A stretch of 64,000 nt of DNA from Bacteroidota bacterium (lineage in GTDB: Bacteria; Bacteroidota; Bacteroidia; Bacteroidales; VadinHA17), in assembly GCA_029564935.1 (NCBI GenBank), contig JAKQPD010000301.1:10986-74985 (forward strand), read 5' to 3'. The notes under the pieces are model-generated. The model saw only the letters and a program-made list of their open reading frames with translations. It was not told where the DNA came from and searched no databases. Made by a program: the position numbers and the translations under genes. Below are positions 9,513-18,096 of this stretch, one piece after another. Position 1 is the stretch's first letter, and every line of letters starts with the position of its first letter.

Positions 9513-10742
9513 TTAATTATCCGAAGCCATCAGCAGGAATGGTTTCATTTCGAATGTATGGTAATAAGGTCTCAGTCTTTCCGTATTATAATATTCCGAT
9601 ACCTTCACAACCTTCTTGGATGATGTAACGACATCGATCGGTACGTTATCGTAGCGTCCGTTCTTAAGCACAACAATTCTGCCATGTACGCCTTTCAGGA
9701 TAAGGTCGAGAGCCAGGTTACCGTAAGCCATGGGAACGATTGAATCAAGAAAATCAGGATCTCCGCCTCTGACCATATAGCCGAGTTTCTGGTTAATTAT
9801 ATTTATTGTTTTGCCGTGGTTGAATTTTGCAGAAAGGTCTTTAAGTCTTGCCGAAACGAGGTCGCCGATCCCACCAAGTTTGGCGTGGCCATAAGCGTCC
9901 TTCTCGCTGTCGGCGAATATCATTTCACCACCCTCAAACATAGCTCCTTCTGAAACAATGACCACGGAATATTTACTTGGGTTTGCATTCCTGTCTTCGA
10001 CAAGGAGTTTTGTAAGTGACTCGATATCGAATTTGTATTCAGGAATTACGCATCTGTTTGCTGCTCCTGCCATAGTCGGAAGCATTGCGGTAAAACCTGC
10101 ATACCGTCCGAACACTTCAAGGACGAGGAGCCTTTCATGCGAACCTGCCGATGTCCTGAGGCTGTTTGTCATCTGTATTGTCCTTGTGACACAAGTGCTG
10201 AATCCGATGCAATAATCCGTACCGGGAACATCGTTGTCCATTGTTTTTGGTATGGCAACAATATTAACACCTTTTTTGAACAAATGAACGCCATAACTCA
10301 GGGTATCATCTCCTCCGATAGGTATCAGATAATCGACGTTAAGCCACTCAAGGTTCTTGATAACCTCGGGAGTAAGGTCATTCATCTCCTGGTTGTATGT
10401 ATCCTTAAGGTGTTCGGGGACACTCGATTTTGACATATGGCTTGGTCGTGTCCTTGAAGTATGTAAAAATGTACCTCCCGTCCTTCCTGCTTTATTGACT
10501 ATGTCATCAGTAAGTATCTGGTAGTTGTTACTGTTGTCAGCTTTAGTGTCTCTTATAAGCTCAGTAATACCTGCCCATCCCCTGCGTAACCCTATTACCT
10601 TGTAACCTTCACGGTTGGCACGAATAGTAACCGCCCTGATCGCTGGATTTAATCCCGGCACATCACCACCCCCGGTAAGGATAGCGATAATCCCCTTTGT
10701 CTTCTGAATTGCCATGTTTTTCTGCTTTTTATTTGTTACCAT
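9513..10742 (-). CDS. pfp: 6-phosphofructokinase, pyrophosphate-dependent type by diagnostic residues
   Basis: PFK fold motifs ILTGGGDVPGLN, GGDDT (Asp at the E. coli Gly104 position), PKTMDND (Lys at the Gly124 position), MVRGG. Confidence 0.8.
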   Translation of the reverse strand: MVTNKKQKNMAIQKTKGIIAILTGGGDVPGLNPAIRAVTIRANREGYKVIGLRRGWAGITELIRDTKADNSNNYQILTDDIVNKAGRTGGTFLHTSRTRPSHMSKSSVPEHLKDTYNQEMNDLTPEVIKNLEWLNVDYLIPIGGDDTLSYGVHLFKKGVNIVAIPKTMDNDVPGTDYCIGFSTCVTRTIQMTNSLRTSAGSHERLLVLEVFGRYAGFTAMLPTMAGAANRCVIPEYKFDIESLTKLLVEDRNANPSKYSVVIVSEGAMFEGGEMIFADSEKDAYGHAKLGGIGDLVSARLKDLSAKFNHGKTINIINQKLGYMVRGGDPDFLDSIVPMAYGNLALDLILKGVHGRIVVLKNGRYDNVPIDVVTSSKKVVKVSEYYNTERLRPYYHTFEMKPFLLMASDN

Positions 10743-10817
10743 TTTTTTTATTTTGAAATTTCAAAAGTATAATATTTTATTCTGATTCCAAACAGACTGT
10801 AATTACCATTATATTAA

Positions 10818-12149
10818 TTACTTACCTCCTATCTGCATTTCTGCTATCCTGAATGTCGGCGCTGCAAAACCCTGGTTCATATCGATATCATTCCCCATCA
10901 TATCAATTGCATTAAGGATATCAAATGCTTTTCCGGCGATTGTAACTCCTTTTACAGGGTGTAATATCTCACCTTTTTCGATCCATAGTCCGCTTGCCCC
11001 GCCGCTGAAATTACCGGTTACGGGGTCAATTCCATAACCTGTCAGTTCAAGTACGAGCAACCCTCTTGCAGTGGCAGCAATAATTTCGTTCCGTGATTGG
11101 TTTCCCCCGGCCAGGTATACCTTATGGGTTCCTATTCCCGGAAGCGAGCTGAAGCCGCTTCTGGATGCATTCCCGGTACTCTTCACTCCGGCACGTCTGG
11201 CTGCTCTCGTATTATAAATAAAGCTCCGCAGAACACCTTTATCAACAATTACATTCTTCATTGTAGGCACACCTTCACCGTCGAAGGGTGAACTTCCCGT
11301 GCTCCTGGGAATAGTACCGTCATCAGTAATTGTAAGAAGAGGTGATGCAAACTGCTTATTCATCTGGTCTTTGAGAAAACTTGCACCCTGGAGGACGCGT
11401 TCACCGTTAACAGCCGAAAGTATGCCTCCCAGGAAGCGGGAAACATCCGGGTCAATTATAACCGCAGCTTTCTGGGTTTTTATCATAACCGGGTCCAGCA
11501 GTTCCAGAGCCCGCTTTGATGCTTTGGCCGCTATTTCTTCAAGAGGCGGAAGATCAGAAAAATAAACCCTGGAACAATACTCTCCCCCTGTATTTTTCTG
11601 GTCACCCTTTTCAGCAACGACAGATACTCCTGCGAAACAGGCTGAGGCCTTGAAACTCTTCAGTAATCCGTTTGAATTAGCTATAAAGATCTCGGATTCG
11701 CTTTCCCCGTAACCTGCACCCGAGCTCTTTGTTATTCCCGGCTCTTTCATGGCAAGTTTTTCAAGTTCAAGAGCCATTTTTATCTTTTTATCCATCGGTT
11801 CGGAAACAATTCCGGGATCATAAAGATCTGCCACCTGTGTAAATCCTTTATCATCGGTAAGAACATTGTTCTCATCGGGTGAAGAAAGCTTTGCAAATGC
11901 AATGGCCTTTGCTATTGTATCCTCCAGCGACTTGTCGCTAAGATCGTTACAATGGCTGAATCCCATCTTTCCGTCAACAAATACCCTGAAACCAACTCCC
12001 TGTGAAGAGGCTTCCTCGATGGTTTCAATTTCCGACTTCAGCACATTCACAGACAGGTTCCTGTTTGATTCAAGAAATACTTCGGCTGCCGATGCACCAA
12101 GACTGATACATTTCTTTACCAGTTTTCCGGATAAATCCAAATTGTTCAT
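10818..12149 (-). CDS. pmbA: PmbA/TldE-family protein (non-catalytic partner of TldD)
   Basis: TldD/PmbA-family sequence without an HExxxH motif. I prefer the start MNNLDLSG at 12149; the ORF track start at 12191 would overlap tldD by 23 nt. No signal peptide seen. Confidence 0.8.
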   Translation of the reverse strand: MNNLDLSGKLVKKCISLGASAAEVFLESNRNLSVNVLKSEIETIEEASSQGVGFRVFVDGKMGFSHCNDLSDKSLEDTIAKAIAFAKLSSPDENNVLTDDKGFTQVADLYDPGIVSEPMDKKIKMALELEKLAMKEPGITKSSGAGYGESESEIFIANSNGLLKSFKASACFAGVSVVAEKGDQKNTGGEYCSRVYFSDLPPLEEIAAKASKRALELLDPVMIKTQKAAVIIDPDVSRFLGGILSAVNGERVLQGASFLKDQMNKQFASPLLTITDDGTIPRSTGSSPFDGEGVPTMKNVIVDKGVLRSFIYNTRAARRAGVKSTGNASRSGFSSLPGIGTHKVYLAGGNQSRNEIIAATARGLLVLELTGYGIDPVTGNFSGGASGLWIEKGEILHPVKGVTIAGKAFDILNAIDMMGNDIDMNQGFAAPTFRIAEMQIGGK

Positions 12150-12168
12150 TTTCTCCCTTGTTGATTGT

Positions 12169-13701
12169 TTAAGCTCTGCTGCCACCCACATTAATTCCTC
12201 TGATCCTTACTGTCGGCTGGCCTGCTGTAACTTCAGCAGACTGGCCTTTTCCGCATATCCCGGGACCGAATGCGAGGTCGTTCCCAACAGCATCAATATT
12301 TGAAATAACATCCATGCAGGAGCCTATAAGTGTTGCTCCTTTAACAGGTCTGGTCTTTTTACCGTTCTCGATAAGGTAAGCTTCCCTGCATGTAAAATTG
12401 AAGACCCCGGTTACAGGATTAACGCTGCCCCCGCTGAGGCTCTGGACATAGATACCTTTCTTTGTGGATGCAAGGATATCTTCCGGATTATCTTTCCCGT
12501 TCTCAATGAAGGTATTTGTCATACGTGGTATCGGGATGTACCTGAACGATTCTCTTCTTCCGTTACCGGTTCTTTCCATTGAAAGTTGCCGGGCGCTGAG
12601 AATGTCGGTCATAAATCCCTTAAGGACTCCTTTCTCGATCAGGACGTTTCTTTTTGCTTCAGTTCCCTCATCATCGAAATTGATAGTTCCCCTAAAATTT
12701 GGAAGTGTTCCGTCGTCAATCATTGTAAAGCATTCATTTGCTACCTTCTGTCCCAGTTTTCCGGTAAATGCCCCGACTTCTTTTGCAATATTATCGGCCT
12801 CAAGAGGATGGCCTACGGCTTCATGGACAAGTACTCCGCCCCAGCCATTCTGCATAACAACGTCCATCATTCCGGCAGGTGCATCTTCTGCATCGAGCAT
12901 TGCAACAGCCTCCCTTGCTGCATTCCGGGCTACAGTTTCAGGAGTGACCGTATCAAACATCTCAAAGCCGGAATGCAAGCTCAATCTCTCACGGGCCATG
13001 TGGCGGGCTGATCCGTTATCACTCATCACCTGAACGATAAAGAAAAGAAGCGGAAGCTCATCCCTGAGATATAATCCCTCGCTGTTAGCTATCACGCGGC
13101 TTCTTACTTCATCATTATACTCTATCATTGCCATTTTGATCCGCGGATCATAATCTTTTGCTGCCTGGTCGGCCCTTTTTATGATCTCTATCCTCTTTTC
13201 ATCCGAAATTTCGTCAAGCGGTAATTTAACTGTAACAAAGGATGGCCGGCTCGCAGAAGTAATATTCACGGGTGTGGCAGGACTGCCATTCTGAGCCACG
13301 TAAGAAGCCACTTCGGCAGCTCTCAGAAGTTTAGCTTCAGTTATCTCATCGGTATAAGCATACCCTGTCTTATTTCCTGAAATAACTCTGACACCGGCTC
13401 CCTGGCTTATACCATATAAGCCGCCCCTGAATTGTGATTCCTCCATTGTTATCTGCCTCGAGATACGGTTTTCGAGATAGATATCAGCAAAATCACCTCC
13501 CCGGGAAAGAGCCCTGGCAATGACCTTGCCGAGAGTAGCGTTATCAATATTCAAACCAGGAGAAGCAGCATTCCTGCTGCTGCAGGATACCAGCTGAGAC
13601 AAAAGAGCAGGTGATGCTGCAATCAGCAATCCTCCTTTCATTCCCAGCTCAAGAAAGCGCCTGCGGGGGATATCCCTGATGCTGTGTTCTTCAATTTTCA
13701 T
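12169..13701 (-). CDS. tldD: TldD-family metalloprotease with twin-arginine signal peptide
   Basis: N-terminal IPRRRFLELGMKGGLLIAASPALLSQLVSCSS (Tat motif plus a possible lipobox Cys). Zinc site HEAVGHPLEAD. Confidence 0.85.
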   Translation of the reverse strand: MKIEEHSIRDIPRRRFLELGMKGGLLIAASPALLSQLVSCSSRNAASPGLNIDNATLGKVIARALSRGGDFADIYLENRISRQITMEESQFRGGLYGISQGAGVRVISGNKTGYAYTDEITEAKLLRAAEVASYVAQNGSPATPVNITSASRPSFVTVKLPLDEISDEKRIEIIKRADQAAKDYDPRIKMAMIEYNDEVRSRVIANSEGLYLRDELPLLFFIVQVMSDNGSARHMARERLSLHSGFEMFDTVTPETVARNAAREAVAMLDAEDAPAGMMDVVMQNGWGGVLVHEAVGHPLEADNIAKEVGAFTGKLGQKVANECFTMIDDGTLPNFRGTINFDDEGTEAKRNVLIEKGVLKGFMTDILSARQLSMERTGNGRRESFRYIPIPRMTNTFIENGKDNPEDILASTKKGIYVQSLSGGSVNPVTGVFNFTCREAYLIENGKKTRPVKGATLIGSCMDVISNIDAVGNDLAFGPGICGKGQSAEVTAGQPTVRIRGINVGGSRA

Positions 13702-13782
13702 ATATTGATCTGATTAAATGTAAACAATTCTGTTTGCCTGAATTTTTTCGCGGCTAAAATATAAATTATTATCGTCCTCCCT

Positions 13783-15711
13783 CTACCTGATAATAAAATC
13801 CTTATCTTTTAATATCCCTCCTCTTGTTGAATATACGCTTGCCTTACCTGATATTTCATTCCGTTTATAAAGTCTGATACTAAAAACAGCTGTTGTTACG
13901 CTTCCTCCATCTGTATAGGGTACTGTTTTCAAGACAGGTCGTCTTAGCGGAGGCTGATCATTAAACTGCATGGATCCCCTTCTTTCACGTCCCCGTTGTA
14001 CTTTTTCTTCGGCAAGTACTTTATAATCCGTTGTTCCAGCTGAAGTTCCCGTTGTATCAAGTTCGAGGACAACCCTGTCCTCAGTAACGATCTTAACAAG
14101 GTGAGCCTGTTTAAATGCTGTTGGGAGCTTTCCCTTGTTCCTGAAACTTACTTTAACCTGATAATCTGCAGAATCGGTTTTATACGATCTGGTTTTTCTG
14201 GTTTCAATTTTTTCCCATTCCAGTTCGGGAAGATGTTTTACCATTTCGATATTGAATGAAGCCTGGTTCTTAATCCATTTTTCAAGAAACCGTGCCGGTG
14301 GATTCTGGGAGAAGAACTTAGGATTGAATCCTCCGGTTTCAATATCTCCATAAACAGGGTGTCTGGCCGGTTTCCATTCACTGAAACCTTCTCCGTTGTT
14401 CTCTTTATTATCCCATATAAGCATGTCGATCTGATCAGTTATACTGTCACCGTTAAGGTCTCCGAACCTGCCGCTGTTCCATATTTCATCACCATACCAG
14501 ACCGCGCCGAAATACCAGTATCCGAAATCAGGGCCATGACCGAACAGAGGGCTTCCGTTGCCATAATCATTATAAACATCTCCGGCTTTGTCATACCCGG
14601 TGATCTTCTTTCCCAGATCATCGAAGTATTTATACCATTTTAAGTCCTCGGGGTACATTCTTTCTTCGGATCCTGAGGTTGATGGTGGTCTGAGGTGCAT
14701 AGGCACACTTGTATCCATGGAATTAACCACATAAACATTTGGATGTGCAAGAAGGAAAGTCACGACTGCCCTTGTTTCAGATTCACTGAGGGGGTATTCT
14801 CCTGCTCCTCCCTGCGTAAATCCCCGTCCGGTTGCTTCCTTCAGAGGTCTCCAGTTCTCGGGATAATTCCTGTGAAGGTCCAGTCCGCCGATACCATCCT
14901 CATTAATCCAGCCGTCATTATCATTATCAATACCTTCGGATGCAGAAAGATAGATCCCTTTTCCCGGGGCAACCCGTTTCATTATACTTCCTGAAGGATC
15001 TTTAGGATCGGGAATGAGATTCCCCTTCTTCTCATCTTTCCACCTCATATTATGAATTATCCCGTTATTGTCGAGATCGTCAGGAGCGTCTTCATCCAGC
15101 AGACCATCTCCGTCGTTATCAACCGGACGTACGGTACTCCTGTTGCTCTGGGCGGTATGGAGATAAAGGTTATGTCCGTCGGGATTATTCACCGGGCGTA
15201 AATATATTGTTTTGGTATCAAGAAGATGAGTTATTTCCGGATCCTTCCCATAATTCTCCAGGAGGAATTTTGTCAGCCAGAGAACAGTCTCTGATCCGGT
15301 AACCTCACCGCTGTGACGGCCTCCTTCAAAAAATGCCGCAGGCTTATCTGTATCTTTTCCGGTTTTTTTATTTGTAACAGTAATTTGCATCACAGGCCTG
15401 CCTTCAAAGCTTCTGCCGACTTCATAAAGCTCTACAAGATCTTTATATTTTTCTGCCCATATATTCAGCCAGTCATAAATAACATTCAGGGAATGGTAAT
15501 TGTCAAAATCGAGCTCCTTTCCTGTTTCATACTGGACATTTGCCAGCCGTACTTCCGGAAAATAATTTACTCCGTGCCTCATTCCTGAAAGGGTATAATT
15601 AACTGGTCCGGCAGGTTTCTTACCCTCCTGAGGCTGAGGTTGAGGCAGAGGTTGGGAGGAAATTGCTGTTGTAACAATCAGCAAGCATAAAAACAGGGCA
15701 AATCTCTTCAT
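13783..15711 (-). CDS. M14-family zinc carboxypeptidase, secreted
   Basis: Signal peptide MKRFALFLCLLIVTTAISS. Zinc motif GGRHSGE (HxxE). DLHRNYP motif. Asp-rich DxDxDG-like inserts. Confidence 0.8.
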   Translation of the reverse strand: MKRFALFLCLLIVTTAISSQPLPQPQPQEGKKPAGPVNYTLSGMRHGVNYFPEVRLANVQYETGKELDFDNYHSLNVIYDWLNIWAEKYKDLVELYEVGRSFEGRPVMQITVTNKKTGKDTDKPAAFFEGGRHSGEVTGSETVLWLTKFLLENYGKDPEITHLLDTKTIYLRPVNNPDGHNLYLHTAQSNRSTVRPVDNDGDGLLDEDAPDDLDNNGIIHNMRWKDEKKGNLIPDPKDPSGSIMKRVAPGKGIYLSASEGIDNDNDGWINEDGIGGLDLHRNYPENWRPLKEATGRGFTQGGAGEYPLSESETRAVVTFLLAHPNVYVVNSMDTSVPMHLRPPSTSGSEERMYPEDLKWYKYFDDLGKKITGYDKAGDVYNDYGNGSPLFGHGPDFGYWYFGAVWYGDEIWNSGRFGDLNGDSITDQIDMLIWDNKENNGEGFSEWKPARHPVYGDIETGGFNPKFFSQNPPARFLEKWIKNQASFNIEMVKHLPELEWEKIETRKTRSYKTDSADYQVKVSFRNKGKLPTAFKQAHLVKIVTEDRVVLELDTTGTSAGTTDYKVLAEEKVQRGRERRGSMQFNDQPPLRRPVLKTVPYTDGGSVTTAVFSIRLYKRNEISGKASVYSTRGGILKDKDFIIR

Positions 15712-15737
15712 TGGGTATTATTTGAAAAAATGGATTA

Positions 15738-16433
15738 TCAGCCTCGCCGGGAGAGTATTTCGAGTTTGTTAATATCCGCCACTTCAATTGTTTTTCCATC
15801 AATTTTGATTATCCCATCCTTTTTGAACTCTGACATTGTCCGGATAACATTGGCGGTACTCATTCCTATAAAATCGGCGATCTCTTTTCTGGAGACTGGC
15901 AGATCGAAAATTCTTGAATTATAGATCTCTTTACCGAAATAAAGAAGTACATACGCTATACGCCCGACCAGGTTTTTCTGCCTGAGATCGAGAGCCTGCC
16001 CTATGATCTTTTCATTAATCTCAGCCATCCGTGTAAGAAGACCCATGGCAAATGAACCATTTTTCATGAAGAGATCTTTAATATATGAAAGCTTTACAAT
16101 ACAAACCACGGAGTCTTCAAGGGCTGACACCGAATAACGGTACTTTTCCCCCGAAAAAACACTCATGTTGCTTACAAATTCGAAAGGACGGGTAAACGTA
16201 ATTACCTGTTCTTCTCCCGATGGGGTAGTCCTGAAAAGCTTCACCAGTCCGCTTTTCAGATATTTAAAACTTGTTACCGGTTCTCCTTCGCGATTGATTA
16301 TCTCTCCTTTCCTGAAGGCCTGTTCGATCTTATTATCGCACAGTTCCTGTATTCCATCATCATCGAGATAAGAAAAGACTATATGCCTGAATTCACAGGT
16401 CTCGCAAATACAATTCTTGTTTTTTAACTCCAT
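15738..16433 (-). CDS. Crp/Fnr-family transcriptional regulator with N-terminal Cys cluster
   Basis: cNMP-binding-like barrel plus C-terminal HTH (SRKEIADFIGMSTANVIRTMSEF). N-terminal C-I-C-E-T-C. Confidence 0.85.
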   Translation of the reverse strand: MELKNKNCICETCEFRHIVFSYLDDDGIQELCDNKIEQAFRKGEIINREGEPVTSFKYLKSGLVKLFRTTPSGEEQVITFTRPFEFVSNMSVFSGEKYRYSVSALEDSVVCIVKLSYIKDLFMKNGSFAMGLLTRMAEINEKIIGQALDLRQKNLVGRIAYVLLYFGKEIYNSRIFDLPVSRKEIADFIGMSTANVIRTMSEFKKDGIIKIDGKTIEVADINKLEILSRRG

Positions 16434-16449
16434 AATTCCTGCAATCTGA

Positions 16450-16457
16450 CAAATTTA
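16450..16457 (-). promoter_or_regulatory. Candidate Bacteroidetes -7 box (TAAATTTG) for the Crp/Fnr gene
   Basis: The reverse complement of caaattta matches TAnnTTTG. It lies 16 nt upstream of the ATG at 16433. Confidence 0.45.
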
Positions 16458-16524
16458 CATTTTTCCTGATCAATATTTAATTTAGTGGTTTGTTTTATTG
16501 ACAAATTTGGAGCTAATTTGAGAA

Positions 16525-16574
16525 ATAGTTACTTTCCCGGGATTCTGCACGGAAGTTCAGGGAAAAGTAACTAT
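16525..16574. promoter_or_regulatory. Inverted repeat (14/15 nt arms, about 21-nt spacer) in a divergent intergenic region
   Basis: atagttactttccc (16525-16538) pairs with gggaaaagtaactat (16560-16574); one extra A in the right arm. Confidence 0.5.
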
Positions 16575-16585
16575 CATTGAAATTT

Positions 16586-16643
16586 TCTACGTATTATAAT
16601 ACGTATTTAAAAACGTATTTAAAAACGTATTATAATACGTAGA
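16586..16643. promoter_or_regulatory. Operator-like array: five ACGT cores at exact 12-bp spacing, including two copies of the 16-bp palindrome ACGTATTATAATACGT
   Basis: tct ACGT attataat ACGT atttaaaa ACGT atttaaaa ACGT attataat ACGT aga. Cores start at 16589, 16601, 16613, 16625 and 16637. The element ends 35 nt upstream of the PHP gene ATG. Confidence 0.6.
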
Positions 16644-16678
16644 TGATTAATACAGGTATTCATATTAAGTGATTGTAA

Positions 16679-17464
16679 ATGAAGTATATTACAGATTACC
16701 ATATTCATACGACTTTCAGTGATGGTAAGGCTACTCCTGAGGATTATATTGCCCCGGCAATTGAAAAAGGGATCTCGGAGATTGGATTCTCGGAACATCT
16801 GGCCCTGTTCAAGGAGGACCAGGACTGGCTTATGAATCCGGGGAATGTCATTGCTTACCTGGATTATATTGATAAGCTTAAAAACCGCACAGAAAAGATT
16901 ATAATAAGGAAGGGGCTCGAGGTCGATTATCTTGAGGGGAAGGAAACTGAGACAGCAAAATTCCTAGATGGTCTGGCTCTGGATTACAGGATCGGATCAG
17001 TCCATTATCTGGGAGAGAAAACGGTAGATGAAGGCCCTGATTTTTATACAGGTAAAAGCTTCGACCGCTTGTTTGTAACATATTTTAATATGGTTGGAAT
17101 GGCGGTCGGATCAGGCTTGTTTGATATTATCGGTCATCCTGATCTGATCAGGATATTCGGGTATAAACCTTCTTTTGATCCCGAACCATATTACCGGAGG
17201 CTGGCAAGGCAGATGAAGAAGAATGATGTTGCATTTGAGGTCAACACCAACGGAAGGAACAGGCCTCTGGCTGATTTTTACCCCGACAGGAGATTTCTGC
17301 ATTTATTCAGTGAGGAGAAGGTCGCTGTGTGTGTGAATTCCGACGCTCATATGCCATCGAGAGTGGGCCAGTATTTCGATGAAGCTTACAGGTTACTTAA
17401 AGATTCCGGATTTACCTCGGTTGTAACATTCAGCAACCGGGAAAGACGATCTGTCCCGATATGA
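16679..17464 (+). CDS. PHP-domain histidinol-phosphatase family protein (HisJ-like)
   Basis: N-terminal DYHIHTTFSDG. Internal SVHY and GHPD motifs and a late NSDAH, which are the PHP metal ligands. Confidence 0.8.
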   Translation: MKYITDYHIHTTFSDGKATPEDYIAPAIEKGISEIGFSEHLALFKEDQDWLMNPGNVIAYLDYIDKLKNRTEKIIIRKGLEVDYLEGKETETAKFLDGLALDYRIGSVHYLGEKTVDEGPDFYTGKSFDRLFVTYFNMVGMAVGSGLFDIIGHPDLIRIFGYKPSFDPEPYYRRLARQMKKNDVAFEVNTNGRNRPLADFYPDRRFLHLFSEEKVAVCVNSDAHMPSRVGQYFDEAYRLLKDSGFTSVVTFSNRERRSVPI

Positions 17465-17466
17465 TT

Positions 17467-18027
17467 CTATCCAAACATGTGTTCAACAAATATTTTAACC
17501 CCTATTGCAATAAGTATCAGGCCCCCTGCAATCTCGACTTTCTGACCAAGCCGGGGTCCGGCAGATTTCCCTATTCTTATTGCGGTCATTGATGCAAGAA
17601 AAGTCACCGCACCTATTATCACACCCGATAGCCATATTCTCATATCCAGGAAAGCAAAGCTTATCCCTATTGCAAATGCATCTATACTGGTACCTATGGC
17701 AGTTGCAACCAGAGTAAGCGTTTTTGTATAATCCCTTACCTCATCACCCTCTTTTCTTCTTACACCTTCAACTATCATTCTTATTCCAAGGAATGCCAGC
17801 AGGATAAGGGCGATCCAGTGATCGGCGGCTTTTACAAGATCGCTAATTACAGACCCGAGGAAATATCCTGCAACAAGAAATCCCGCCTGGAAGACGGCAA
17901 ATACAAGTGCTACCCTGACTGCCTGGCGGAACAATATTTTGCTTTTGACAACTCCGAACGAAAGTGAGACTGCGAAAGTATCAAAAGAAAGGCTGAGGGC
18001 GACTGCAGTGATTGTTATAAGATCCAT
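17467..18027 (-). CDS. mntP: Manganese efflux pump MntP
   Basis: 186 aa, six TM segments, duplicated DUF204 motifs SLSFDTFAVSLSFG and GTSIDAFAIGISFA. Confidence 0.85.
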   Translation of the reverse strand: MDLITITAVALSLSFDTFAVSLSFGVVKSKILFRQAVRVALVFAVFQAGFLVAGYFLGSVISDLVKAADHWIALILLAFLGIRMIVEGVRRKEGDEVRDYTKTLTLVATAIGTSIDAFAIGISFAFLDMRIWLSGVIIGAVTFLASMTAIRIGKSAGPRLGQKVEIAGGLILIAIGVKIFVEHMFG

Positions 18028-18044
18028 AAAATTCGATTGTGCCC

Positions 18045-18052
18045 CAAATGTA
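18045..18052 (-). promoter_or_regulatory. Candidate -7 box (TACATTTG) for mntP
   Basis: The reverse complement of caaatgta matches TAnnTTTG. It lies 18 nt upstream of the mntP ATG. Confidence 0.45.
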
Positions 18053-18088
18053 CATGAAAAATCAAGTTCTGGCTTATGAAATTGATCT

Positions 18089-18096
18089 TATATTTG
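18089..18096 (+). promoter_or_regulatory. Candidate -7 box (TATATTTG) for dtd
   Basis: Matches TAnnTTTG, 21 nt upstream of the ATG at 18117. It lies inside the longer ORF-track model, which argues for the shorter dtd start. Confidence 0.45.
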
